Origin: Schmidtea polychroa
Taxonomy: Eukaryota
Assembly (NCBI GenBank): GCA_044892525.1
Contig: CM097885.1
Location: forward strand, 51,400,001-51,464,000
Reading direction: 5' to 3'
DNA length: 64,000 bases
Shown here: in pieces, positions 48,463 to 61,784 of the stretch
Layout: every line of letters starts with the position of its first letter
Position numbering within the stretch: the stretch's first letter is position 1
Notes under the pieces: model-generated
What the model was told of the DNA's origin: nothing
What the model saw: only the letters and a program-made list of their open reading frames with translations
Database searches by the model: none
Position numbers and translations under genes: made by a program

Positions 48463-48853
48463 TGAAATAAAAAAAAAATGATCCGGATCAAAAAAACTGT
48501 TGAGGGGACAGTGAAAAAAAAAAAAAATACCACTGTCCCCTCAGAGCAGTATTACTATTTTTCATTTAGTTTTTAATTTATATAATTTAAAATCAATAAT
48601 CTGATAAAGATCAAATAGCCCTCTAACTTTTTCATAACTTTTTTCTTTTCTATTCTCTTTTTAGTTTGAAGCTTTTGAGTTTGAGGCTTTAAAGATTAAC
48701 CGAGTTAGAGTCATTAAGGGTGGTTGTTTTCAAAATATAGGGTTAAAATACTATAAAAGTATAAGTTTTAGGTTGTTTTTCTAATAGCTTAAGTGATTTG
48801 GAGGCATGTTTTTGTTGGGGGGCTGTTTTGGTTGGGTATATAACCACACTACT

Positions 48854-49160
48854 TGCGTGAAATGATTGAAGAAGATTGCCACTTAACCTGTCTAGCCATT
48901 TCAAGAGTCCCAGATATTGAAGAAACGAGGGTTCGCCGCATATTGTAACCAGAACTTGGAAAGAAGTAACTTTGCAGCAGATGGATTTCTCACATTTTGA
49001 CTGATAATAATAAGAGAATCAGAATAACTTGCTGTCAAGAAATATTTAATGTTTATTCGGCAAAAACGGCTAAGGAAAAGATCGTTGTGATCGATGAAAA
49101 ATGGATTTACCTTCGCGACGTACCTCCAAAAGAATGCAACCGTGTTTGGGTGGATGGTTT
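48854..49160 (+). pseudogene. mariner transposase relic, part right of the Polinton insertion
   Basis: EMIEED.., SRWISHILT (WVPHEL-like), IVVIDEKWIY (first catalytic D). Confidence 0.8.
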
Positions 49161-50199
49161 ATAGATAAACAAATATGTAAAATATTCTTCTTGTCATTTA
49201 ACATACTGTTAGAAGAAAACATAGTTTTACAGAAATCTTTATTCACTTCAAAAATCTAAACGGAACACACAATCGTTATACTATTTATAGTATATTGAAT
49301 TGCGTAATCTACAAAAGGGAGAATTATTAGTTTAAGTGATACTGTTGACACAGAAGACAAACATACTTACTTAATTTAGTTATACAAGCATTCCCGCATC
49401 ATTCAATAGATATCAAGGTCTAGTGACCTGGTTATGTAAGTAATTCGTTGGAAATTATTATATCATCTTACACATACCATGTAAAATATTTGGCTACTTA
49501 AATGTAGAAATAGAAATCATTACGACTAAAAAGAAATATGCGATTTAGTCAGAAGCCAACCAAAAGTATGAAACAGAAACAGTAAGACTTCATAAAAAGG
49601 AACATGCGTATGGGCACTTCATTGACCAATAGCAGTCAAAGTGTTAAATTATTTATTATTTTCGTCCCATACAACTTTATCATAAATTATTAATTATTTA
49701 TTCTTTTTACGATTTATTTTTATTTATTTTCTATAACGTTTATTAAATGACTGCCGAAAAAATCGTATCAAATATCAGAAAAATATTTAAAAAAATATTA
49801 ATATCTAATCTGAAAAGAAATAAAGAAAAGGGTATTAAAAAGAAATTAAATAACTTGGCATAAAAATGTGTCAATTATTATTAATATTCAACGTCTTATG
49901 CAACGAAAAAAAAAACATGCAAATAGACATGAAATAGATCTACACTTTTTTTTGGTAAACACGAATGCACAGCTGATGAAAACGAATACAAATTGCATGA
50001 TTTGCAGTTGAATTTGTAATTTTATAAAGGAATTCCGTAAATGATTTTCAACATAGAATTTTCATTTGAAAGTTGTGCTAATTTATATATGTTTATCAAT
50101 GAAAATTTTTTAATTGATTTGCTACAAATTTCTAGTGTGCAGCCACAATCATATTGATGCCAGTGCACAGTGCAATTGTATAAAGCTCTTGAAAATACA

Positions 50200-51204
50200 A
50201 TGACAATCTATGAGTTTCTAAATATCTATCGTGCCTATCTGATTCCGTTTATAGCGATTTTCGGAATCATAGGAAACATTTTGGTAATTCTTGTATTTTT
50301 AAGAAAAAGGATTTCCAGATTCAATGTCTATTCGATTGCTTTACTTATTGCAAATTCTTTGGCACTCTTTATCAATTCTTTTCTTGATGATTTTCTCGGC
50401 CGAGGTTTGTATTACGCAACCTCTGGTAAATCGTACGTTAAATTGGATACTATTTCTAAATCGTCGTGTATAGTAATGGAATATTTTCCAAATGTTATGT
50501 ATTTCAGCAGTGGTTTTCTGATGGTGATTTTTACATTTGATCGATTTTTTGTTTTAATGTGGCCATTTAAATTCAAAGGCACCGGAGGAGTTAAAAAATC
50601 AATAATTGCTTGTGTAATTGTATATATTATTGGATTTATCACTGGGATACCAATGGGAATAAGCCATCAATTAAAAGCCTCCAACGATAAATATGGCGTT
50701 GATGGAAAGATTTGCCAGATTTCCTCAAATGATTCTCATCTAGCAACATTATCTTTGTACTATGAATCTGTCATTGTATATGTCATACCAACTGTGCTAA
50801 TTTTCATTGTCAATGCTTTAATCATCTATGAAATCATAAGAATGACCAAAATACGGTCCACAATAATAGTGGATAAACAAGCGAATCGTTTGGAAATGTG
50901 TCGGGTCGTTGGAATGTTAGCAGTCACTTCGAGTTTTTTACTTTTTACAATACCATTATCGGTAGTTATTATTATCAGGCTTCAGATTGATCATCCGAAT
51001 GGGAAAAATCTAAGAGCATTATCGAAGTTGTTTTCGTCTTTAAAAGACATCAATTATAGTATCAACTTTTTAATTTATTTTATATTTTTATCATATTTTA
51101 AATACGATTTGAAAATGTTGTTTTCATCAAAAATATTGTATACTTTCCTCTCTTCGTCAAAATCTCCCAATGAGGAAATTGAATTTAATGAAATTGAGAA
51201 GTAG
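50200..51204 (+). CDS. Intronless rhodopsin-family (class A) GPCR, resembling flatworm-specific PROF1/Rho-L receptors
   Basis: Seven hydrophobic segments; GIIGN (TM1), FTFDRF (DRY-like), IP (TM5), TIP (TM6), INYSINFLIY (TM7); DDFLGRGL after TM2. First ATG at 50200; an upstream exon cannot be excluded. Confidence 0.9.
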   Translation: MTIYEFLNIYRAYLIPFIAIFGIIGNILVILVFLRKRISRFNVYSIALLIANSLALFINSFLDDFLGRGLYYATSGKSYVKLDTISKSSCIVMEYFPNVMYFSSGFLMVIFTFDRFFVLMWPFKFKGTGGVKKSIIACVIVYIIGFITGIPMGISHQLKASNDKYGVDGKICQISSNDSHLATLSLYYESVIVYVIPTVLIFIVNALIIYEIIRMTKIRSTIIVDKQANRLEMCRVVGMLAVTSSFLLFTIPLSVVIIIRLQIDHPNGKNLRALSKLFSSLKDINYSINFLIYFIFLSYFKYDLKMLFSSKILYTFLSSSKSPNEEIEFNEIEK

Positions 51205-52509
51205 CAATGTACACTCAAATTTAAATAAATATAATTTGTTTGTTTAAATATCAAGTAATTATTTATAAATAAACATTTGATATTTTTTGTATCTCAGTGT
51301 CATAAATTATAGTAGCTCAACACAAAACTACAAACGACAGATATTAATATAAAGAATTTACCAAATTTCTCTGTAATAAATGGTGAGACAGAAGTAACCT
51401 GGCAATCAATGCATTCTTATTGTAAGCTAACGGCTGGCTATTTCGAAGCGGAGTATTGCTAGCTGAAGTAGTTCATGTGGACACAGCTTTTCGGTGACAA
51501 TTTAATTGACATTCTCATTATAAATTTGCAGTTGTGTCTATTTCGGAAACTATTTCAAGGAGTAAAAGTGTGTACTGCTCAGATAGTCTGCTTTGTTCCT
51601 CGTAAATAATGAAGTATATATGATCTTGCTGTCATGAGTACTTGTAAATCAATGAAGATGATTCCGGAAAACTAGGAAATCGAGAAACATGACCAAATTA
51701 AGCGTTGTTACAAATACAATCTTAAAACCAACAAAATTCTTACTAACATTTCTTGAACGCTTCGGATTCAATTTAATTTCTGTTTACGAGTATGTGGGTG
51801 TGCATTGATGTATTAAAACAAATTCGAACTATTTTAATTCCATTAAATTTTTATCAATTTTGATGGTGATTTGTACCGTCCGGAACCGCCCTCTAGAATA
51901 TATTTTTATTGCTTCAGAGTGGTGATTGCTGTAAATCGGAAATGAGACTGCTCCAGATGGGTAATTTCTAATTACATCACATTTCTTCACACTAGTGAGG
52001 AGTCTTTTTGGTTTCAAAAATTGTTGTACACAAAATCTGACGCTCGTTAAAAAGCCAAAGTATTTAATAGTCTCTAGATTTTTTGTACAAAAATTAATGG
52101 TCAAATATTTTGATTAATCGATGGCCACGTGAAATTTTGGTAATTATTTTAAAAAGTAAATTAAGGCAATATTTTAAAAATTAGTAATAGATTTTGACGA
52201 ATCGATAACATTGGAGAAATGGAAGTAATATTTAAGTAAATTAAAGTAAATTAAGGACAATATTTTAAAATTGAAGTAAATTAATGTAGTATTTTAAAAA
52301 TAATTAATAAATTTTAATTAAGTAAAGTAATATTTTTAAATTAAAGTAAATTACAGTAATAATTTAAAATTTATTGTCAGATATTTCGAAAAATCAATGG
52401 CCTCTGAGAATTTTAAAAAAGTAAAGAAATTTTAAATGCAACCTTTTTATGAATTAGTTTTCAAAGGACTTTTTCAACGCAAAGTTTTATGCAAAAAATT
52501 TTTGTGAAT

Positions 52510-52653
<144 letters not shown>

Positions 52654-52966
52654 GTAACAGACACCAAGTGCTTACATCAAGGTACAAACGAACACAATAG
52701 TATTAACAATTAAAGACAAAATAAAGTTTATTCTTCATCACATATTTGCTTATAATAAGCTCTTCATAATTCTGCAAGTAGATTGTGTACTATTTCTTTC
52801 TTCTTATATTCTTGACCGCATCTTAAAGGACAAGTTAACTTTGAAGGATCTGTACAAACCACACAATCCTCTATACATTAAATCATGTATACAATAACAA
52901 ATTAACCAACTAAAAATCTTATTTCTTCAGTGTATTTTATCAAATGAGTTTTACAGTAGCAAATTA

Positions 52967-54026
52967 AGGGGAGGGCTGATCGGGCTAAAGCCAGGGGCCC
53001 CCAATTTTTAGGGCCCCAAAAATTTAAAATTAAAAATTAAATTAGAGGAGCATATTATGCTTTTACAAAAAAAATCAAGCTTAAAACTTCCACTATGTTT
53101 ATTACTGTGTTATTACAGTAGGTGTTAAAAACGATGGACTTTTAGCTGAATTAAAAACATCCATCTTAGAACAAACTATTGGATGACTAAGAATAATTGA
53201 CGTAATATAAGTGTTACCACAACAACCGTTCTAGATAACAGAGCCGAGCAAAAGGTCTGTTGGAGACGCATGGACACATGAGGAAATTATGTGGTGGAAT
53301 AATAAATAAAATACCTGGACTTTCCAGTCATGCGAGAGAACAAAACAAAGACGTGCCTAATTTCGCCATTCCCACATATCCACCACGCTACTCTTTTTAC
53401 CGTTTCAAACAAACCAAAGTATACTAGCGAAACTGTCAATAATTGGATCGATTACCTACTACTTAGTTATTAAATTATACGACAGGAAGAAGCACAATGC
53501 GAACCTTAAAACACATGCACAGAGCTAAAGATGTTGCTGTTTTTGAATAAGCTAAATTTTACACAGTCCTTCCCGAATGTTCACATCACACTTCGCATCT
53601 ATCTCTCAATGATGACATCAAACTGCAGCGGAGAAAGATCATTTTAAAAGTTGAAAAGAATAAAAAATGAAGTTAGAAGTTGCATGGGACAACAAAGGCT
53701 GAGTCTGCTCTCTCTAATGAGTATCGAAAGTGAAATTGTAAGCTCACTTAGCTTTACTGGCATAATTGATAACTTCACCATGAGAAGAGTTCGCAAGCGT
53801 AGGTTCTAGGTTGAAATATATAGTCTAATAATAAATATTTTAATGAAGTGTGACTTCATTTAACCTTATATAAATTAAATTTACTTCTATTTAATTTTTT
53901 TTAACTTTGCCTTACAAGTTACAGTCTTACATTAGCTGCTAGCAATCATTTTATATGGACGTTGGACTGGAATGGGCCCCAGTTTGAATTACAGCCAGGG
54001 GCCCATGCAAGCTTAATCCGCCCCTG
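52967..54026 (+). mobile_element. Deleted hAT element retaining the dimerisation-domain relic
   Basis: Right end TTAATCCGCCCCTG; AGCCAGGGGCCC near both ends; FPNVHITLRIYLSMMTSNCSGERSF*KLKRIKN..RLSLLSLMSIES (~53570-53730); left end degraded, no TSD seen. Confidence 0.75.
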
Positions 54027-55259
54027 GAGTTTTAACTAAATTATAATGAAATGAATGGTGAAAATTAAGTAAAATAATTTAAATATTTTAAAATTACAAC
54101 GAAAGACCTACTTAACTTCCTTCTTTGAATTGATTACTAATAACTAGTTAACACCCAATTAACATAATACTAAATTGTTTATAATCAACCAACTAAATTA
54201 TTTACAATATAGAGAAAAGGGCTTAAAGATGGGCGGTGGCTTGCCACCAGAAAATATTTATTATATTAATTTTTTATTATTTATATGACCGGTTTAACTC
54301 TATGCAGGTCCGTCTCAGGTTCCTAGTTTCAGCCCGATAGTCACTGTAGTGTATTGTTATACTATTTTTTTATTTGTGATTAAGGTTTATAATGTATTGT
54401 TACTTTTATTATCGCGTACTGCGTACAAAAATAAAATTAAATAAAAAAACTATATAGAGATAATTTACTATAGTAAATTATCGCTATTGAAAATTTGATT
54501 TAAAAAAACCAATAAAAAACTACAAAATAATATCCTAGAAATAGCACTATAAAATCAGAAGATACAAAAAATTGAATAAAGAAAAAATTGAAGAAAAAAC
54601 TAAAGCCAAATTAGAATTAAATTACTAAAGTTTGGACGATATTATCAAGCATCTTTCCATTCTGTCGACTATTCTATATTATATTCCGGTCAATTACCAA
54701 AACTCTAAATCGAAGAAAAGAAGATCTTCAACTAAATTCATGGAAATAAAGATTTCAGTAAATTTGTAGATTCCTCGAAAGTACTATAGATTATTACCGA
54801 TTAATTCCAACTTCTTAAGGTTTATTTTCAATTTTATTGTTTGTAATATAATTTTATAAAAGTTTGTTAAATCATTTGTTTTAATAAGTTAGCATTCACT
54901 ACACACTAGCACCCCGGTTGTCTTCTTACATTTTTAAAGGTGACTCTACCGCGGGTTCTAACTAATTTCTTGATACACAATCCCTATAAACAACAATAGA
55001 AAAGTATGTAAATTTAACAGCTATTATAACGATTAGATTTATTATTCACACAATAGTCACCATGGACCTAAATAGAACCCTGTGATAATAACCCTTCGGA
55101 CATGTCCACAATTATTTCCCAATTTTGAAGCTAATTGTGTGATTGATAAATTTATTTACCCGATTATCCAGCTGTTGGGTCGCTTAGAGGTGTGTCATTT
55201 TAATCAGGTTAGGGGTACTGATGAATTTTGAATCGACTCATTCCTAAACGCTTTCATGA

Positions 55260-55360
55260 TTATTGTCTTTATACCATGTGTACCAATGGTGACGATCATG
55301 TTGGTGCTGTACACATTAGCTGAAAATCCATGAGCAGGTGAGCTCTATTACTAAAACTAT
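55260..55360 (-). pseudogene. Possible restriction-like endonuclease fragment of a non-LTR retrotransposon
   Basis: IVLVIELTCSW and IVTIGTHG only. Confidence 0.3.
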
Positions 55361-55740
55361 TCCTCGTGATATCTTCATTTTCGGGTTCTGGACTGCCGAT
55401 AGAAGATCTTACGTCATTGTTCATTATTTATTCTATGGATAGATTATTGCCCTTCATTCATTTAATTGTGTTCCTCATTTCTGGATGTTTTTATATTTTA
55501 TCTTTAAAGATTTTGCGCAGGGATTCGCACCTTATTTCTCAGTTAATAAATGTTGTTATATACTTCATACAGTATTCATATTATCCTTCAAAAGATTTGA
55601 GCAGGGATCTGCCTTTTTCTACATACTGGCCTATCTGATCTCCTAGCTACTCTTGGATTCTAGAATATTATCCCAAAAACAAACTTATCTACTCGCGATT
55701 GGTCTTAATCTCCCTATTTCCAACTTAACTCCTGGATGGT

Positions 55741-55743
<3 letters not shown>

Positions 55744-55821
<78 letters not shown>
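55744..55821. repeat. Compound (TA)n(GATA)n microsatellite
   Basis: Direct. Confidence 0.97.
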
Positions 55822-57420
55822 TTTAATCTTCAGCGACGGACTTGTGGAGAAGCCTCCACATTAAAGCCCGATCAACCGAGTAATTGAAATTCCAGTATAC
55901 CCGTCTTTCTTAGCACCTCAAAAGGCTCCTCAAACCAAGGTCTATTGGATCTCAACTCCACTGTCTCTATCTTTCTATAAACATAAACTAAACGTAAAAT
56001 AAAAATAAAAATTGAACCCAATAGAAATTATTATTCAAAACATAAAAATTTTAACGATAAATAAACAGTTAAAAAGAAGAAAAAAATAACTAGAACTAAA
56101 TTAAATACAAAGATTTATTACATTAGAACATTACACAAAAAAAATTATACGTTGCATAAAATTACCAACTAAATTCAAGCTTACCCAAATGGCATAAACC
56201 TAAAACTGAGTGCTGTTAAAAATTTGGTGTTAGTGTTAAATGTCAAAACCAAGTGTCATTTCAAGTTGTTTAACTGAATTTTCAATCAGTATTTATACTG
56301 ATTTTGATTGTGCATCTATGCATTCTCTGCCAATCAGAATGCAGTCAAGTTTAATTTCGTTACACACACATTTAATTTATAATTTTTTAATGTTATTTAA
56401 TTTAATTTTATTTAATTAATCAATTTATTTAATTTTTCTTAATTTTAATAATTTAATTTTATAAATTTTATAATTTATATTAATTTTTAACTAATTTTAT
56501 TTTAAATTTTATTATTTTATCCATAGAAATTTTTAGTTTCCATTCTTAAATTTATTTATTTCTTTATTTTATTTCATTCAATTTTTTAAATAAATTTTAC
56601 CGTTTCTTTTCTTAAAGTATGCACTCATTGCCATATCTCCTTCGTGTGTAAATACGAGCCATAACATCCCTAATTAATTCGATTATGGTTCTTCGTATGT
56701 AAATACGACCAATAATCCTTATTAAAATTTCTTTTCATTTTATTAATTATTTTATTATCAATTATTATTTTATTTATTATTATTTTATTTTCTAATGGGC
56801 AGATTTTCAGAATGCATTATTTTTCACTTAACTGTATTGATGATTGCAACTTCTTGCGTTTCTTCATTTTATTATACGTGTTTTATTTATTCTCAATGTG
56901 CTGTGTACTTTATTTTGTATTATTTTGTGAAGGATCATAGATGTTAATTAAACTTGGTGCGGTCTTTATGCTATGTTTTTTCGATTCATTAAAACAAACT
57001 CTCAACTTCTCGGTTCTAGCCCAACACCGCCTTCCATTTGGGCCATTTTATCACTAATTATTTTATTGATAGTTCGTAGTACCACATAGCTCGACTTTTT
57101 ACGCAACTTGGGTTTTCTACACTGCATGTGTTTCACATTGGCTCGGACTTCCAATTAGAGGTTATTAAATTTTAATTAGTTTGTTATTTCGTTATAACTG
57201 TTCATGTGGACTCCTTACTAATTGCATATTATTATTTTTAAATTCGTCTTATGATTTGGCGTCCAACCATGCCAGTTTCCACAGTCAATATTTATTTTAA
57301 AATTTTTATATATTTTCATTAATTTTGCACTATTATTATTTTCAGTTTTTTATTGATTTCACTTATTTTATTTTTGCTTAACCCCGAAATCACTAATCCC
57401 ATTTATTCGTATGATATTAA

Positions 57421-57618
<198 letters not shown>

Positions 57619-58055
57619 ATGCTAACGTATTAGTATTTGCATTGCTATTATTAAAAATTGAAAAAAAACCTTTGAGAATTAACAAAATTAAAAGACAAAG
57701 ATTGAGTTTTCGTTGAAATTGATTAACTCGCTCAACAACTGAATCATGGTTTAAAAATTAGTTTTCTAATATATACCTAATTCAAGATCTTCGCGAACAT
57801 TTTTTGTAGCGAATTCCAGTGGTTATTCCTCACTATCAGTGGTGGAAGTTGTAGTAATCCTCAACCTCGATAAAGCAATCGAAAGTTTTGCAGACATGAA
57901 AGCCAGGAAGAAACATTTTATATAATTTTAGTTACATTATATATTAAATTACAGTTATATTATTTATATTATTACACTAATGAATTAATAAACATTGTAT
58001 TTAATGGTATTTTTTATTTTCATTTTTCTATATATTTTATTCATTTCGCTTTTTA

Positions 58056-58560
58056 TCAATTTCTCCCGGGGTTCATAATTAGCTCGACCCGGCACTGATC
58101 ATCTTCATCCAAACCATAATCTACCACTAAATTAGTATTATCACCAATTCTTAAAACTTCGAATCCTTCCCCTCCCAAGGTATTTATTAATTCAAGAATT
58201 TGTGAATATTGAATACTGGTGAAACGATATTGTCTGTTATAACAACTTCTGGCCCTATCGCTTTCCCCCATTCATTGAATGTTGATTTTTTATGTCAGTG
58301 TATGGGAATGTTGTATGCTGGATACAATTTAAGATAGAAAAACTTTTCCAAACCTCTGTAACTGTTAAGGATTCATTATAGTCCATTTTTTCTAAAATGT
58401 ATCGAAAAGTATGTTTTATGTACGGTGCTTTAAATGCTAAAATAATTCCTTGATCCAATGACTGGATTAAACACGTCGTATTTGGTGGAAAAGACCTTAA
58501 AAGGCAGTCCTTTTTCTGTTCTCGAACCATTCATTAAAAATGAACGTGGTAACCCATCCG
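58056..58560 (-). pseudogene. Tigger/pogo DDE transposase fragment
   Basis: GWVTTFIFNEWF, FPPNTTCLIQSLDQGIILAFKAPY, VWKSFSILNCI. Confidence 0.8.
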
Positions 58561-61500
58561 TTTGTATTTATATGAAATTTCTAACATTTAAAATAAATTA
58601 ATTTATTATAGTGCTATATGATTTATCATTAAAAATAAAAAAGTGAAATGCCAAAGTGAAATAATTTCTTATTATTCAAATTTAAAACACTATTTCCCAA
58701 AATATTTACATAAAATATAAAATAGTTTTCATAATTATAATCACATTAAAATGAAATGAAATTCAAATAAAAATAAAATTCACATTAAATGTTTCGAAAT
58801 ATAGATTCATATAAGCAGAACCGACTCTTGTCATAGGTTATGTAGTCAATCGCCTAGGGCGCCAAATTTTAAAATGTTACAAAAATAAGATGGACGCGAG
58901 CAAGCAAGACGATTACTAAAGATTAATTTTGAATTAATTAATTAAAAAGAAAAACGACTAATAGAAAATAAAATAATAAATGTACGAAAATAATTGGTTT
59001 ATCCACACCACGAACGCGTGGGTGGGTTAAACCTGATTGGGCGAAATTATGCTCACAAACTTGTGGTTGAAACAGAGAAATAATGTATGACTTACTAAAA
59101 AATACCATATGAGAGATTATCGGAACGATGGGGGCAGTTCTAGCTCCGAGACTGAATAGGTGTGAACGAGGTAACAGAAAGAAAATTTAATAAATATCCA
59201 ACTTAAAGTAAATTCTAAATTTTTGATTGGCTAAAATCTTTATCATTATTCCAGTAAGTTACATTTATGTTGAATTTAACAATCGGATATCCTGAGTAAA
59301 TACTAAAGCGCGAAGGGCAAGACCAAATATATCCGGGTGTTACCAACGAAACTGAAAATGCGTTAATACGTTACAGTAATCGCCAGTGGTCAATTAAAAA
59401 TAAATGAAAAGTCCAGAAAAAATTACGTTTTTTAAGGAGTAAATAGAAGGGAAACCTGTGACCATCAGATGTTCTTCTTCCAAAATTTCAAATAGAGAGG
59501 ATGGAACAACTAAAAGGCCCAAGTAGATCGAGACTACTCATGATATAATTCATGTATTAACTATAAAATTTCCTCGTTTATCATTCGGATGCGATTAATT
59601 ATTATGAATGAATGTATGGAGTAAAATGATAGTTTATTAAAATATTTGTTTATTTGTGTATTTTTTTTTTGTATTTTATGAACGAAGAAGGCATATTGTA
59701 TCCGCGAATTGATTCTACAATATACAATGCATATAGAAATAATAATTTATATTTAATTTTTAGTGGAAATTTAGTCTAAGAGAATGACAGTAGCAGCCTA
59801 TGAGTGCTCAAAATCCAACGCATCATAGATAACAGAACTACGAGTCGAACTAATTCAAGTTAAACGAGAGTTAGACAAAGTATAGGGAATCTGTTTTAGC
59901 TCAACACAAGTCTATGAACTATAGAGAAAATCATACGCACGAACGAGATGACCTGATAACCGAAAACCCTTTTGATGATTGTGAGCAAAGTAAGACTACA
60001 CATAAAGAATCTACATAGACGAGGAACTACAAAAGCAAATTCCGAATATACGACTACCAGATAATAATAACATAATCCCAATACACCATTTTCCTGAGAA
60101 AAAAAGAGCTTAAAGTTAAAAATCAAAGTTTTACGTAATCGCCAAGTAAAGCCAAATAAAGAAAAGGAATTTAGGCAGAAACGTAGTTGAGAACTCAAGT
60201 TGATCAAAAATAACAAGCAAATTACATCTCAAAAAAGCAACCTAGAAAAATTTGATCAGATTCAAAATAGATCTTGCCTTGAGATCGACCTAGATTTATA
60301 AGTGAGAAAATATGATGGATGTATAAATACATTTTTTCAATGTTTTAATGATTCATTTTTGATTGATAATATTGGACTCATTTGATAATGTTTGATTTTA
60401 AATTCAAATCCCCTTGATAGTTTATTTAATTACGTGTTAGGTTCGATGGGTATGTATTCGAACTAACACAAAAACGTTTAATCTGACTCCAAATAATTTA
60501 AAATGCGCGTAGGTAAATAAATAAATAAGAAATATGTTTTAAATATTTATTTAACAATAAAAAGTTAGTTACACGTTTGTTTATATATATATATATAACA
60601 CGCTGCTTTCTATAAGTACAGAAAACAGTTATACAAACCGCCCTAAAGAGTATTACTAAGGATCAAGGCTGGCCTTAAATGCGCCAACAGCCCGATATAG
60701 GTGAACGGAAAAGAGATAGGGAAGTTTACCAAATATTACGCGATGGAGTCAACCCATAAATTGGTTAACTCTTTTTCAAACAAATATTAATAGCGAAACA
60801 ACACAAAAATACGTGCTGACGCTATGGTTTCCCTTATTTAAAGTTAATTTAATTTAATCAAATAAGCCTTTTATATAAATATTTATAATTATTTAGATAA
60901 TGATAAAACTAACTAATTCAATCTTCCTCCTTAAATGGCTCCAAAGAATATTAAATTAAATAATTCTAATTCACGAATAGCCAAAATTAATTCCTTTTGA
61001 TCGATATTTCCAATATCACTTGCAATTCTCCAATCAGATTGAAGTTTTGAATAAAGCAAAATTCCAAAATTGCAAAATTAATTTTCTTTCGCTCGATGAA
61101 CTTCTGACTACAGTTAAATTCCTAAATCGAATTGATTCTTCCCTATCTAAATTTAGCTACTGCGGTTTTCTCAAATTTACTTATCTCAATTTTCGTCCTT
61201 TCCATCTAATTTTTATCTACTATTTATATAAATTTATTTATTCTAATTCTATTAATAGTAATTGTTTAATTACTATTTTTATTATATATTTTTAAATAAT
61301 TACTATTTTTGTTAGAAATCTATTTTTAGTAATTATTTATTACTATTTATATTTTAGTTCCAATTTTAGTAATTTTTAAATACTATTTATATTATAATTC
61401 TAATTTTAGTAATTAATTATTATTTAATTTCAAAACCTTTAATTCCGGTTCCTACTGAACCCCAGCGTGTCTTCCTCCTAACAAGATTTTCGTCCCGAAA

Positions 61501-61784
61501 ATTAAAGCGGTAAAGACAAGACAATTGCAGCTGATACATAAAAAATAAAATTATAAAAATAAAATAAAACAACTGATTAAACTATATATAATATAAGCAA
61601 AATCAAAATCAAAATAATCAAAGATTGTTAAACAAAATCAACACCGAAATCAAATTAATCAAATATTGTTTGTAAAGTAAATATCTGTCAATTTGAATAA
61701 TTGGATTGGATTGAGTTTGTCGAAGGTGCTGGGATTGAGGACGTATGGCAAATTGCTAGGTCCATTGAACACATAGCCGAATTA

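Larger units (their letters stand above)
33543..48853. mobile_element. Full-length Polinton/Maverick (adintovirus-like) endogenous viral element, 15,311 bp
   Basis: Termini AGTAGTGTGG...CCACACTACT; 6-bp TSD TGCGTG (33537-33542, 48854-48859); ~900-bp TIRs; pPolB, integrase, ATPase, protease and capsid genes. Confidence 0.97.
47947..48853. repeat. Polinton right terminal inverted repeat
   Basis: Reverse complement of 33543-34442. Confidence 0.96.
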
